Below are positions 55,784 through 64,000 of a stretch of 64,000 nt of DNA, piece by piece. A program made the position numbers and the translations under genes. Origin of the DNA: a virus; the IMG/VR virus record IMGVR_UViG_3300032288_001980, positions 64,001 to 128,000 of that record, one strand, 5' to 3'. Each line of letters begins with the position of its first letter. Positions within the stretch are counted from its first letter, which is position 1. The notes under the pieces are model-generated. The model was given only the letters and a program-made list of their open reading frames with translations. It searched no databases and was not told where the DNA came from.

Positions 55784-56660
55784 AATAATCCTTAATAAAT
55801 TTATCGTAGTGACGTAGTAATGCTAGCTTGTTCATAATATGAATATCTTGATTTACTAATCGTACTGGCAAATTCTTCCAAGGTTCATTTCTAAAATTGC
55901 TGAGAAAAGTAAAATCATTTTTTCCGTTCAGTTGTACCAGGTCATCTTTTTGATCCATAAATCGCATCGTGCCAGGAGGTATTTCTTTAACCCAATTACC
56001 TTCTCTTTGTCCGTTCATTAAATGAATAGCAATGCTGGAAGCATAATCTGTTCTAAACATTTTACCAGGAAACTTATATAAGAACTTATAGTAATCGTAA
56101 TTATCTTTGACATGATGCCACATATTAAAAAACTGTGTACTGGGTTCACTTCTTTGCCAATATATAACTGTGCTCCACCACATGTCAATGCCATCGGGAT
56201 GTAATCGTTGTTCTTCATGATGCGGCAGTTCCCAGCGCAGACCGCGAGCATTTCTAAACAATGCTAGTTCGTAATCGGATTCAAATAATAAATCTAATGC
56301 ATTACTGTTAACAATATAATCAACATCTATTAATAAACTTTTATCCCACGGACTTAGCTCGTAGACATTATGCTTGTTACCGTTACTAAATTGTGCTTGA
56401 AAACTGTGCCATGGACTATCATTATGAACACGGGTATTTTCTTCGTGTTTAATATCCTCTACAATAATTTTGTCAAAGCAATAGTCAATTAAATTGCGAG
56501 GATGCGTTTCTATTAAATGCTCATGGGTTTTTACATCTGTGAGCAATGCTACATTGTTATTTTTTAAATTTGCCTTAACAGACAATGCTGTCATTACAGC
56601 CAGTTTAGTATAATCCAGTTTGTCGTTGTTATAGGCAAATAGAACTACACCTTTACTCAT
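55776..56660 (-). CDS. Glycosyltransferase-like protein (GT-A)
   Basis: SLLIDVDYI DxD motif, WSTVIYW, IHIMNK. Confidence 0.6.
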   Translation of the reverse strand: MSKGVVLFAYNNDKLDYTKLAVMTALSVKANLKNNNVALLTDVKTHEHLIETHPRNLIDYCFDKIIVEDIKHEENTRVHNDSPWHSFQAQFSNGNKHNVYELSPWDKSLLIDVDYIVNSNALDLLFESDYELALFRNARGLRWELPHHEEQRLHPDGIDMWWSTVIYWQRSEPSTQFFNMWHHVKDNYDYYKFLYKFPGKMFRTDYASSIAIHLMNGQREGNWVKEIPPGTMRFMDQKDDLVQLNGKNDFTFLSNFRNEPWKNLPVRLVNQDIHIMNKLALLRHYDKFIKDYYV

Positions 56661-57006
56661 TGATGTTTACCAAACTTTTAAGATTACGTTGCCGCTTTAG
56701 TTTTTCGTTTTCAACAAAAAAATCATTCATAGCCATAGTGTATGCACTATTCAATTTTTCTAAAAATACCGGAAGGTCCTTTACCAAAACAGGCATTTCG
56801 TTATTATCTAAGAATACTTGCTGTTCGGCTTTAACAGAAATCAAATAGTTTATGTATCCCATAATTTCTACAGAAGCTGTGAAAATGCCACTGTTATGGT
56901 TTACTAACTTTTGAATTTCTGCTCTTTGTTTGAGATTATTTCTTTGATTTGATAGTGTTAGACGATAATTGCTAAAGTCTAAGGCTTCTTGAAGACGTTT
57001 ATCCAT
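56653..57006 (-). CDS. Hypothetical protein
   Basis: 117 aa; AGAGAAAG purine-rich RBS region upstream. Confidence 0.7.
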   Translation of the reverse strand: MDKRLQEALDFSNYRLTLSNQRNNLKQRAEIQKLVNHNSGIFTASVEIMGYINYLISVKAEQQVFLDNNEMPVLVKDLPVFLEKLNSAYTMAMNDFFVENEKLKRQRNLKSLVNINE

Positions 57007-57038
57007 TGCGATCTTTCTCTGTGTATTAAGTACGCAGA

Positions 57039-57044
57039 TATTTA
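57039..57044 (-). promoter_or_regulatory. Candidate late promoter core TAAATA for the glycosyltransferase block
   Basis: GATAAATA on the - strand in the 57007-57055 gap. Confidence 0.5.
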
Positions 57045-57055
57045 TCGCAATAGAT

Positions 57056-58105
57056 TTAGCTGTCTACACCGGAAGTTGTAAATCCTTCTGCCAAAATATA
57101 AGCAGGAGGAGTAATATTAAAATTGGATTGACCGAATGAATTGGGCGCCGCATACATTACATTAGATGTTAGTACGTGTGTACCGTTTACATTTATTCTA
57201 AATGCCATGTTGTCCAACTCAAATCTAATAGCAACGGTTCCGTTATTGTCTACTAATCGACCATAGACCTTAAGTCTAAATGTGGAATATCCGCCATAAC
57301 CACCGTAACCTCCATATCCCCCGTAGCCGCCATAACCACCGTAACCTCCATATCCCCCGTAGCCGCCATAACCACCGTAACCGCCATAACCGCCACCTGA
57401 GCCAGCACTACTGGCTGTCATTAATAATATTTCATTGGCCGAAAGGTCATAAAATCCTTTATTTTCGCTAACTGCATAAGTGCCTGTATTTGATGCAGTA
57501 TTGATATCTAATACAAATGTTCCTAGTTTGCTGTATACATCTTGCCATGACTGATAGCCGCGGCCGCTACCTCCGCTGGCAGTCATATGCAATCGTAACT
57601 GACCGCCGCTATTAAAAAACCACCTAGCTTGGTCAAAACTACCAAATTGATAATTAACCGTAGCTGATATTTTATATTTCCATGGAGTAGATCTTGATGT
57701 AGTACCTAATGTTGCAAATTGTTTTCTTGCAGATACTAAATTGTTTTTATTTGTATCAACCAGTGAATTTAATACTTTAAGAACCTGTGCTTGTTGCGCC
57801 GTAATAAGTTGTCCCACCGCTGTTCTAGACAAATTAGTTGTTAGTGGCAACGACCCTGTATTATGTGCAGAAATGTTAACTATGTCAATGGTACTATTCC
57901 ATAATGAACTGGTTATTTTATTTCCGACTACTGCTAATTGTGCAGTGGGAGTTTGTCCCCAACCATATTTTAACAACGCTTTTCTTGCAGGATCAGTTGT
58001 AGGGCCACCACCTTGTTCGGTAGGTCCCCAGATTTTATTCACGGCCTGAGCTAGCTCATTCCATTGAGCCGCTGTTACTATTTGACCTTGGATAAAATCA
58101 GTCAC
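57056..58105 (-). CDS. Virion structural protein (tail/baseplate-associated) with (GGY)12 tract
   Basis: Thr/Gly/Ser-rich; two related N-terminal ITA.QWN.L units; GGY tract; follows tail genes. Confidence 0.6.
   Translation of the reverse strand: MTDFIQGQIVTAAQWNELAQAVNKIWGPTEQGGGPTTDPARKALLKYGWGQTPTAQLAVVGNKITSSLWNSTIDIVNISAHNTGSLPLTTNLSRTAVGQLITAQQAQVLKVLNSLVDTNKNNLVSARKQFATLGTTSRSTPWKYKISATVNYQFGSFDQARWFFNSGGQLRLHMTASGGSGRGYQSWQDVYSKLGTFVLDINTASNTGTYAVSENKGFYDLSANEILLMTASSAGSGGGYGGYGGYGGYGGYGGYGGYGGYGGYGGYGGYGGYSTFRLKVYGRLVDNNGTVAIRFELDNMAFRINVNGTHVLTSNVMYAAPNSFGQSNFNITPPAYILAEGFTTSGVDS
57287..57394 (-). repeat. 12 x 9-nt coding repeat (GGY)12 containing about 2.5 exact copies of a 36-nt unit
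   Basis: Tyr codons every 9 nt from 57287 to 57388; ccgccataaccaccgtaacctccatatcccccgtag repeated at 57291 and 57327, partially at 57363. Confidence 0.97.
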
Positions 58106-58106
58106 T

Positions 58107-59159
58107 TTAACGTACTCCTACGACAGCCTCGATTAATCTGACGCCTTGTTCGTCAGAATTTACTAACGAACGACCGATGACTGTGTAGGGGTCTGGTCGT
58201 TCAACCGCTTTAGCAATTCCTGGCATATTGCTAGAAACTAGTCTAGCTCCTTTCCACACAGGACCTACTACTTGCACTGGCACACGACCTGTTAAAGCTA
58301 CTGGCAGTGCTTGGCCTTTACGTAGGCCTGCACCGTTTAGTATAAAGGCTGGCTCAGTGGAAACAACGCCAAACACTTGGTCGTCTGCTTCGCTTTGTGT
58401 TTGAGTAACTTCCTTTTCGCCGCCCAATTTAATTACTGTTCCTGGTGTGTAAGGAACATCTGATTCATAATATTCTGCAACGTCAGCAAATTCTGCTTGA
58501 ATCGCAACGCCTCGGAATTTAACACCTGTTCTATTAGCTAAATTAAAACCTTTGCCAATAGTTGGAAATTCTGGAAGAATAGCAGTTTCTGTAGCGTTAG
58601 GAGTAAACTCGTCTGCACTCATTATACCCATAATTCTCTTAGTTGCTGTTACTGTTTGATTGGGTTGTCCTTGATTAATAACAACTTTTTCAGTGTTATA
58701 ATGAATAATGACGTCATGGAAAAGTCCGTTTGTATCTCTTATAGTTGCATAAACAATTGTGTTGCTGTCGGGGAATCCTAACATTACCCACTTTGTACCA
58801 TCCCATACATATAATGTTTTTGTAGCAGGGTTGAACCAAAAATCTCCAGCTCTGTTTCCAGCTACTAACGGTTCCGTGTCACGGACGTATCTGTTAGCAA
58901 TTTCTTTCCATGCGCCGCTGGTGTCAAAAACACTAAGAGCTTTTGTAGATTTGTTAAACCATAGCTGTCCAACAATCGGATTTGCAGGTGCAGTAGGGTA
59001 AGAAAAGTTTTCTAGCATTGCTACTAGGTTTTCTGCCATTACTTCACCGTAGCCGGCATAGTTTTTACCCACTAGCCTAATGCTGGTGCTGACATCCAAG
59101 GTGCCATCGGCAATACTTGTTAGTAGCGTACCATCTGATTTATTGACATCATATGCCAT
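58107..59159 (-). CDS. Tail fibre/baseplate protein with C-terminal chaperone-like (peptidase G2 IMC-type) domain
   Basis: GKNYAGYGE..AENLV.MLENF, P..GQLWF, GDFWF, ADVAEYY...PGTV...GVVST.PA...VALTGRVP. Confidence 0.7.
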   Translation of the reverse strand: MAYDVNKSDGTLLTSIADGTLDVSTSIRLVGKNYAGYGEVMAENLVAMLENFSYPTAPANPIVGQLWFNKSTKALSVFDTSGAWKEIANRYVRDTEPLVAGNRAGDFWFNPATKTLYVWDGTKWVMLGFPDSNTIVYATIRDTNGLFHDVIIHYNTEKVVINQGQPNQTVTATKRIMGIMSADEFTPNATETAILPEFPTIGKGFNLANRTGVKFRGVAIQAEFADVAEYYESDVPYTPGTVIKLGGEKEVTQTQSEADDQVFGVVSTEPAFILNGAGLRKGQALPVALTGRVPVQVVGPVWKGARLVSSNMPGIAKAVERPDPYTVIGRSLVNSDEQGVRLIEAVVGVR

Positions 59160-59179
59160 TGTAATTCCTCGTTATCTTA

Positions 59180-59185
59180 TATTTA
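59180..59185 (-). promoter_or_regulatory. Candidate late promoter core TAAATA
   Basis: GTTAAATA on the - strand in the 33-nt gap, upstream of a GAGG RBS. Confidence 0.5.
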
Positions 59186-59192
59186 ACCAACT

Positions 59193-59840
59193 TTAGGCCA
59201 CTCTAATTCTTATAGTGTAACGTACTTGTAAAAGTCTATTTGCAGACTTTTGAACCGGGTGGAAAGTAACATGAGTTAACAATAATCCTCCGTTTAATGT
59301 AGTTCCTTTACTTTTTAAACCAATTTCATCAAATACAAATGAACCGTCAAAAGAACTAGCATTGTCTAAGTTATCTTGACTTTGTCCTGCTAAGTTAAAA
59401 ACTGTATCGCTGACCATAGGCTCATTATAATCGATAACACAGTTAACAACAATATCACTGTACGTTAAGCCATTAATGTGCTCGTAAGTGATAAAATTGC
59501 TAGTAGTATCTGTATTATTAACAGTATCGTTGCCGTCAACTACTTTAAAAAATGTAGGGCTGTATAAATCTTCGTTTTGGCCGCTGATATTTGACCCTTT
59601 GTATGTAATAACACCCATAGAGTCGATAATTGTGCCTCCGTTGCCAAAATGCATTTCATACACGGGGCCTACTCTAGTAGTAGGACCAACAAATGTATAC
59701 GCTAAACTTTGCACAAGTGCAATACTTAGGTTTTCAGGGTTAATAGCATTTCGCTGATTTACAAATACTTGGCCCGTAACTGGGTCAAATACTTTTAAAT
59801 GTCCTTCTATTTTTAGAGTAGCATTTTCATTTGATAACAT
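59193..59840 (-). CDS. Virion structural protein (baseplate/tail)
   Basis: IEGHLKVFD...NAI, FGNGGT, FDEIGL, HPVQKS.NR..Y.I pattern typical of phage baseplate-associated proteins; context. Confidence 0.6.
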   Translation of the reverse strand: MLSNENATLKIEGHLKVFDPVTGQVFVNQRNAINPENLSIALVQSLAYTFVGPTTRVGPVYEMHFGNGGTIIDSMGVITYKGSNISGQNEDLYSPTFFKVVDGNDTVNNTDTTSNFITYEHINGLTYSDIVVNCVIDYNEPMVSDTVFNLAGQSQDNLDNASSFDGSFVFDEIGLKSKGTTLNGGLLLTHVTFHPVQKSANRLLQVRYTIRIRVA

Positions 59841-59860
59841 GGTTTTGCCTTTAATTTACA

Positions 59861-59866
59861 TATTTA
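59861..59866 (-). promoter_or_regulatory. Candidate late promoter core TAAATA
   Basis: GGTAAATA on the - strand overlapping the upstream stop, about 20 nt before ATG 59840. Confidence 0.45.
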
Positions 59867-62800
59867 CCTATTTAAATCACCCTCTTTTTCGGTGACAAAA
59901 ATTGCAGCCAATGTGCGGCTTTCTTTCAGGGTTTTACCCGGCTCATTGAAAATTACAGTAGGTTTATTGAATATAATAGCCCCTGTTTTTTCACGTTCAA
60001 CTGGAATAGTTTGTACTGGGTCAGCATCCATAACAACTGCACCTGCACTATGACTTGCGGCGCCTGTACCTAACGTTCCTCGCACTAACTTGCCTAATAT
60101 ATTTCCGTTGGCTTCGTAATATTCGATACGTTCGCCATCGATAAAAATAACACCTGGGTGACGGAAAGTAATATCTACTCCGCTTAATTTGGTTACATCT
60201 TCAACTTCAATATACTCACTTTCTGGAGTAATTGCAGTAACCAGTGTAGTTTTAGCATCGTTAGCTATTCTAGAATAAGACCACTCATTATTTAATGATT
60301 TTAACATACGGAAACTGTATAGTTCATATTCTCCTAACTCATAAATCTGAGCTTCGCGGGGGTATCTTGTTTCTACTAGAATTTCTAATGCGTCGCCAGC
60401 TTTAAGTATAGCTAATTCTTCGTCGGGGTTTTGTTCTAAACGTAAAATATTAAATGGTGCTCCATCAATGATGATTTGCAATTGTTCTGGTAATATGCCG
60501 AAATCGCCACCATTGTAAATTGCATCTAATAGAGCTTCTAATTGTTCTCTAGTAGGGTCAACGCCTACCCCTGGGAAATCCCATGGGCGACGATTTAAAC
60601 CTGGTTCGTATGTGTTAAAATCCATTGTGGTTGGATTACTTGTGTCTGTATTAGGGTTAATAGAATTAACTAAACTTGGACCTTGGCCTGTTCTGTTAAA
60701 TTTAAGTTTTACACTTGGATACACATATTCTTCGACGGTTATTTCTCCGGAGTCAGTAACGTCTCTAGTATCTAATACTTCACGCAGTTTACTGTGATAT
60801 GGTTTAGTTTGATCAATATAATCAATGAACTGCTCTACAGTATCTTTTTCATAGAACGGTTTTTGATCTAGACCTTTAACTGCTAGGTTGTCAACATGCA
60901 GATACGTGCTTTTTGCAATCCAGTCTACTCGGTTGTGTTCGCTGTAAACGTATCTTACCATTGCAAAGAACAATTTGTTATAATACTTGGCAAATCGATT
61001 AATAAAAATATCTTCTCTTAGTGCTGTTAGTATTTCGTAAAACTCTTGACTTGGTTCTGGATCCCAGCGTTTAAAGTCCCATGGGCCGTTGTCCCATAGG
61101 TCCTGTTGCTTTTGACTATTAAACAGAATTTCTTTAAATGCAATAGTACCGTTCTTTCTATAACGTAAAATTTGCTGACCATCTACATATTCGTAGACAG
61201 CAAATTTGCCTATTGCATCATTTTTAACTAAAATATAATCGCCATTGTTTAAAGTTTCTGTTAGCTGGAATATAACTTGCTCTGATTCTACTTCATAGCT
61301 ATAAGGAATAGTTGCATCGTAGCTAGGATCCACGTAGTCGATGTAATTCCAGAATTTAGTTAACTCGTAAAAATGCTCGCCCTTGGTAAAATCCTGCAAA
61401 TGTCTGTCCCAGTTTGCTATAGTGTTAACTAAATCAATTTCCGCTAACAATTGATTTACAACTTCAACGAAGTTTCTACGAGCTTCACTACGATTTTTAA
61501 TCCAGCTTTGTTGAGTTGGACGAATTCTATTACCGTAGCGATTAAACTGATTCAGTCTTGGATCAGGTACATCATTTGGTAATGGCATCTTGATAGTATT
61601 GTTAGCTAACAATGTATACTCGTACAATTTGTAGAAAGGTTGTTGTCCAAACGCTCTTGTTAGATCTTCAGCAGTGAATGTTCTAAAAGCTCTATAATAA
61701 CTATTGTTTTGTTTAACTATCGAACCAAATGTATATGCTGTTTCGGGTTGATAATCAGTATAGGTAGTTGTATATGTTGTGCTGTCATAACCTACTAGAC
61801 TGTCGCGCAGTCTAATATGTAGCCATTCAGGTATACCTGTTGTGCCATCATTTTCGCGAAGTATCATCCACTGGCTGTGTACATTTGTATCATCCGCTTT
61901 AAATTTAATTTGTAAACTAGTTGTAGTGTCATTTAAGAACTGTGTTACGTTAGCAATAATAAAACTGTCCTTGCTAACTGGAGCAAACCAACTGATACCG
62001 CTGTTAGTTGGATCAGTAATTATGCTGGCTAATGTAGCAATAGGAATTCTTCTTTCTTTACGATTGTTTGGTAATGTAGTTTTATCTTTTACCCAGAAAT
62101 AATATTTTGTAGCTTGAGCACCTGTTTCTGTAGTATAAACAACCGTAGAGTAACTGTTGTTACTAATGTCGCCATTAGGTGTTATCTTTGCTGTACCTGT
62201 TGGAACTTGTCCATCAACTGGCGTGCCATTTTTAACAGCTTCGTTGTAAGCAATTGGGTCCACACTAGTTTCTATCCACTCGTAGATGTCGATGCTACTA
62301 CCAGTAAACAACTTACCCCAATTTTTAATTCTGTAGTCTAATGTACCTTGTTCGTATTCTACATACTTGACATTGCTAGTGTCCCACCACACTGTGCCAA
62401 CTTGGCGATGAGTCCAATAGCTGTCAGGGTTAACTGAAATATTATCGTCAGTGGTAATTTCATACTGAGCAGGATCTACGCTACCTTTGTGATCTATTTC
62501 AATATCAGCGACACTAGGTATGATTCCTTTGTAAGGGTCATATAACTCCAAATCTATTAAGATTCTATCTAGTTTGTAATCGTATAAATTTACTTCATGA
62601 ATTTTATAAGTATCAACCAATGGGGATTCTTGGTCATATAAATCAAAGTTTTGATATAGTACAGGTATCAAAGTAATATCGTCTTCTACTCTGTACTCAT
62701 ATTGCCATTGGTATACTTTGTATCCGGATTCTTCTTCGACATAGGCAAGTTCATTGTCTACCCAATTGTATCTCGGACTGGTTCTAGATGCCTCTAATAA

Positions 62801-64000
62801 AGTCTTAGTTTTGAATACTACAGGAGCATACAGATAAACTGTTCCTTCAGTACCAGGATCAGTAACAATAGTAGAAATTTGTATTGTGTCAGAATCTATT
62901 ACGCTGTCGACCGTAACTATACCATCAATAGTATCACTACTATTAGAACCTGTAATTAACAACACATCGCCTGCTGTCATATTATGGGCTTCACTAAATG
63001 TTACATTAGTTGGGCCAGTCGGGCTATCGTCTGCTTTGACAATTTCTGTTATTGTATAAGACTTTTGCTGTGATAAAACGCTCCACTTGCCTTCTTTATA
63101 ATTGCCTATCCAGATAGTTGGCTTTGTAGTTACATCAATGCTGTCGTATAGATCTTTTACAGATGTTGTGTCTGCTGTAACAAAATCAACGTCGTCAAAA
63201 TTAATAAATCCTGCGTTAGGCAAATCTGTATCAAATACTACTTCATTTTGATCGTCGGTTAATTCAGATTTTTTACGAACAGGGAAAGTTAAATTTTCGG
63301 CGCCAGGACGATCAATCCATCGATTGTCCGAAGCCATAATATCAACGATTCTGTCGGTACTACGATCAATGTTACTAATTTCAGTAGTAGGGTCGTAGTC
63401 GGGTCTAAACCTAAACAGTTGTTTATTGTCTTTAAATTCTTTTTGTTTTAACTGTAAGCTCCATGATTGATTTGTTTCATTTGCACCAAAGTCTCCCAGC
63501 TTAAACATCCATTCTTCATCTACTTCCAACTCTTGCAAAGTATTAATTGTTCCTTCTACGTTGGTGTTACGTAAAAGTTTGCTATAGACAGCAGGAGTAC
63601 CCTGCTGACGAATCATTCCCCTTTGGAATTCAAATGTTACGCTAGGGTTTAACAATAAATTGTCAAGATAACTAGTGGTATTAATTCCTAAATTATGACG
63701 AGCTGTTTCAACTAGTCTTGTGTTTAGAGTACTGCCTTCAATACTAAAGTATCTAGTTTCCATATCGGAAATAGTTCTATCATAGTTTGCTATAACTGTA
63801 CTACCATTGATTAAATAACCGGCAGCACTTGGACGGCCTTGCCAATCTGCTGTGCGCTGGCCAATGAATTTTAATCTGTATTGTTTTAATCGTAAAACTG
63901 GATCGTAGACAATATCATTAAATGCTGTAATGTTATCAAATATAACAGCATGTTCAATGTCTAGTATACGAATTCGAATACCAAATAATCCTGTTTGATC
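59864..64000 (-). CDS. Very large virion structural protein (baseplate wedge/tail-like), N-terminus outside the window
   Basis: Frame is open from 64000 through the track start 63763; more than 1370 codons, acidic, Thr/Asp-rich, context with tail genes. Confidence 0.65.
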   Translation of the reverse strand, partial: DQTGLFGIRIRILDIEHAVIFDNITAFNDIVYDPVLRLKQYRLKFIGQRTADWQGRPSAAGYLINGSTVIANYDRTISDMETRYFSIEGSTLNTRLVETARHNLGINTTSYLDNLLLNPSVTFEFQRGMIRQQGTPAVYSKLLRNTNVEGTINTLQELEVDEEWMFKLGDFGANETNQSWSLQLKQKEFKDNKQLFRFRPDYDPTTEISNIDRSTDRIVDIMASDNRWIDRPGAENLTFPVRKKSELTDDQNEVVFDTDLPNAGFINFDDVDFVTADTTSVKDLYDSIDVTTKPTIWIGNYKEGKWSVLSQQKSYTITEIVKADDSPTGPTNVTFSEAHNMTAGDVLLITGSNSSDTIDGIVTVDSVIDSDTIQISTIVTDPGTEGTVYLYAPVVFKTKTLLEASRTSPRYNWVDNELAYVEEESGYKVYQWQYEYRVEDDITLIPVLYQNFDLYDQESPLVDTYKIHEVNLYDYKLDRILIDLELYDPYKGIIPSVADIEIDHKGSVDPAQYEITTDDNISVNPDSYWTHRQVGTVWWDTSNVKYVEYEQGTLDYRIKNWGKLFTGSSIDIYEWIETSVDPIAYNEAVKNGTPVDGQVPTGTAKITPNGDISNNSYSTVVYTTETGAQATKYYFWVKDKTTLPNNRKERRIPIATLASIITDPTNSGISWFAPVSKDSFIIANVTQFLNDTTTSLQIKFKADDTNVHSQWMILRENDGTTGIPEWLHIRLRDSLVGYDSTTYTTTYTDYQPETAYTFGSIVKQNNSYYRAFRTFTAEDLTRAFGQQPFYKLYEYTLLANNTIKMPLPNDVPDPRLNQFNRYGNRIRPTQQSWIKNRSEARRNFVEVVNQLLAEIDLVNTIANWDRHLQDFTKGEHFYELTKFWNYIDYVDPSYDATIPYSYEVESEQVIFQLTETLNNGDYILVKNDAIGKFAVYEYVDGQQILRYRKNGTIAFKEILFNSQKQQDLWDNGPWDFKRWDPEPSQEFYEILTALREDIFINRFAKYYNKLFFAMVRYVYSEHNRVDWIAKSTYLHVDNLAVKGLDQKPFYEKDTVEQFIDYIDQTKPYHSKLREVLDTRDVTDSGEITVEEYVYPSVKLKFNRTGQGPSLVNSINPNTDTSNPTTMDFNTYEPGLNRRPWDFPGVGVDPTREQLEALLDAIYNGGDFGILPEQLQIIIDGAPFNILRLEQNPDEELAILKAGDALEILVETRYPREAQIYELGEYELYSFRMLKSLNNEWSYSRIANDAKTTLVTAITPESEYIEVEDVTKLSGVDITFRHPGVIFIDGERIEYYEANGNILGKLVRGTLGTGAASHSAGAVVMDADPVQTIPVEREKTGAIIFNKPTVIFNEPGKTLKESRTLAAIFVTEKEGDLNR

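Noticed and set aside
1349-62341. The many 60-150 aa ORFs antisense or out of frame to long genes (for example 1349..1723 -, 11124..11576 -, 32064..32531 -, 35161..35856 -, 57280..57471 +)
   Set aside because: Fully nested in well-supported genes, lacking RBS or motifs; the repeat-like 57280 ORF is just the antisense shadow of the GGY tract.
1-64000. Stop-codon reassignment, as in some large phages
   Set aside because: Long ORFs tile the window under the standard code; TAA and TGA terminate genes at tight junctions and recognisable enzymes are full length.
1-64000. tRNA, rRNA, integrase or transposase genes
   Set aside because: Intergenic gaps are short (the largest about 130 nt) and are explained by promoters and terminators; no cloverleaf, TTCGA T-loop context or recombinase motifs were found by eye.

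Overview
A 64-kb segment of a large lytic tailed phage (Caudoviricetes) with a T4-like replication module; no cellular housekeeping genes, tRNAs or CRISPR arrays were seen. It is densely coded in the standard code, + strand from 1 to 48049 and - strand from 48046 to 64000. Layout: (1) 1-8.2 kb, seven tandem radical SAM genes; (2) 8.2-13.1 kb, lysozyme, dsDNA-binding-like protein, family B DNA polymerase, sliding-clamp-like protein; (3) 13.1-23.3 kb, a 7-deazaguanine module (TGT/DpdA-like transglycosylase, QueD-like, FolE, QueE; no QueC/QueF here) interleaved with two oxidoreductases, a glycosyltransferase, a cytidylyltransferase, a PRTase and a HIT hydrolase; (4) 23.3-37.4 kb, RNase H/5'-exonuclease, a CCA-like nucleotidyltransferase and an early region of small genes behind repeated consensus sigma70 promoter cassettes, including a ParB/DGQHR-like + T5orf172-like pair and a MoxR AAA+/VWA pair; (5) thyX, then a 38.3-48 kb cluster resembling a biosynthetic gene cluster (SDR, three 2OG-Fe(II) oxygenases, two PP-loop + GNAT-like modules, desaturase, B12-type radical SAM); (6) a - strand late block of glycosyltransferases, a methyltransferase and another radical SAM directly downstream of tail/baseplate genes, one of which carries a (GGY)12 tract. 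The best novelty candidates are a possibly glycosylated or hypermodified 7-deazaguanine DNA modification and a large virion- or peptide-tailoring enzyme system. All functional calls come from motif recognition by eye; no database searches were run.
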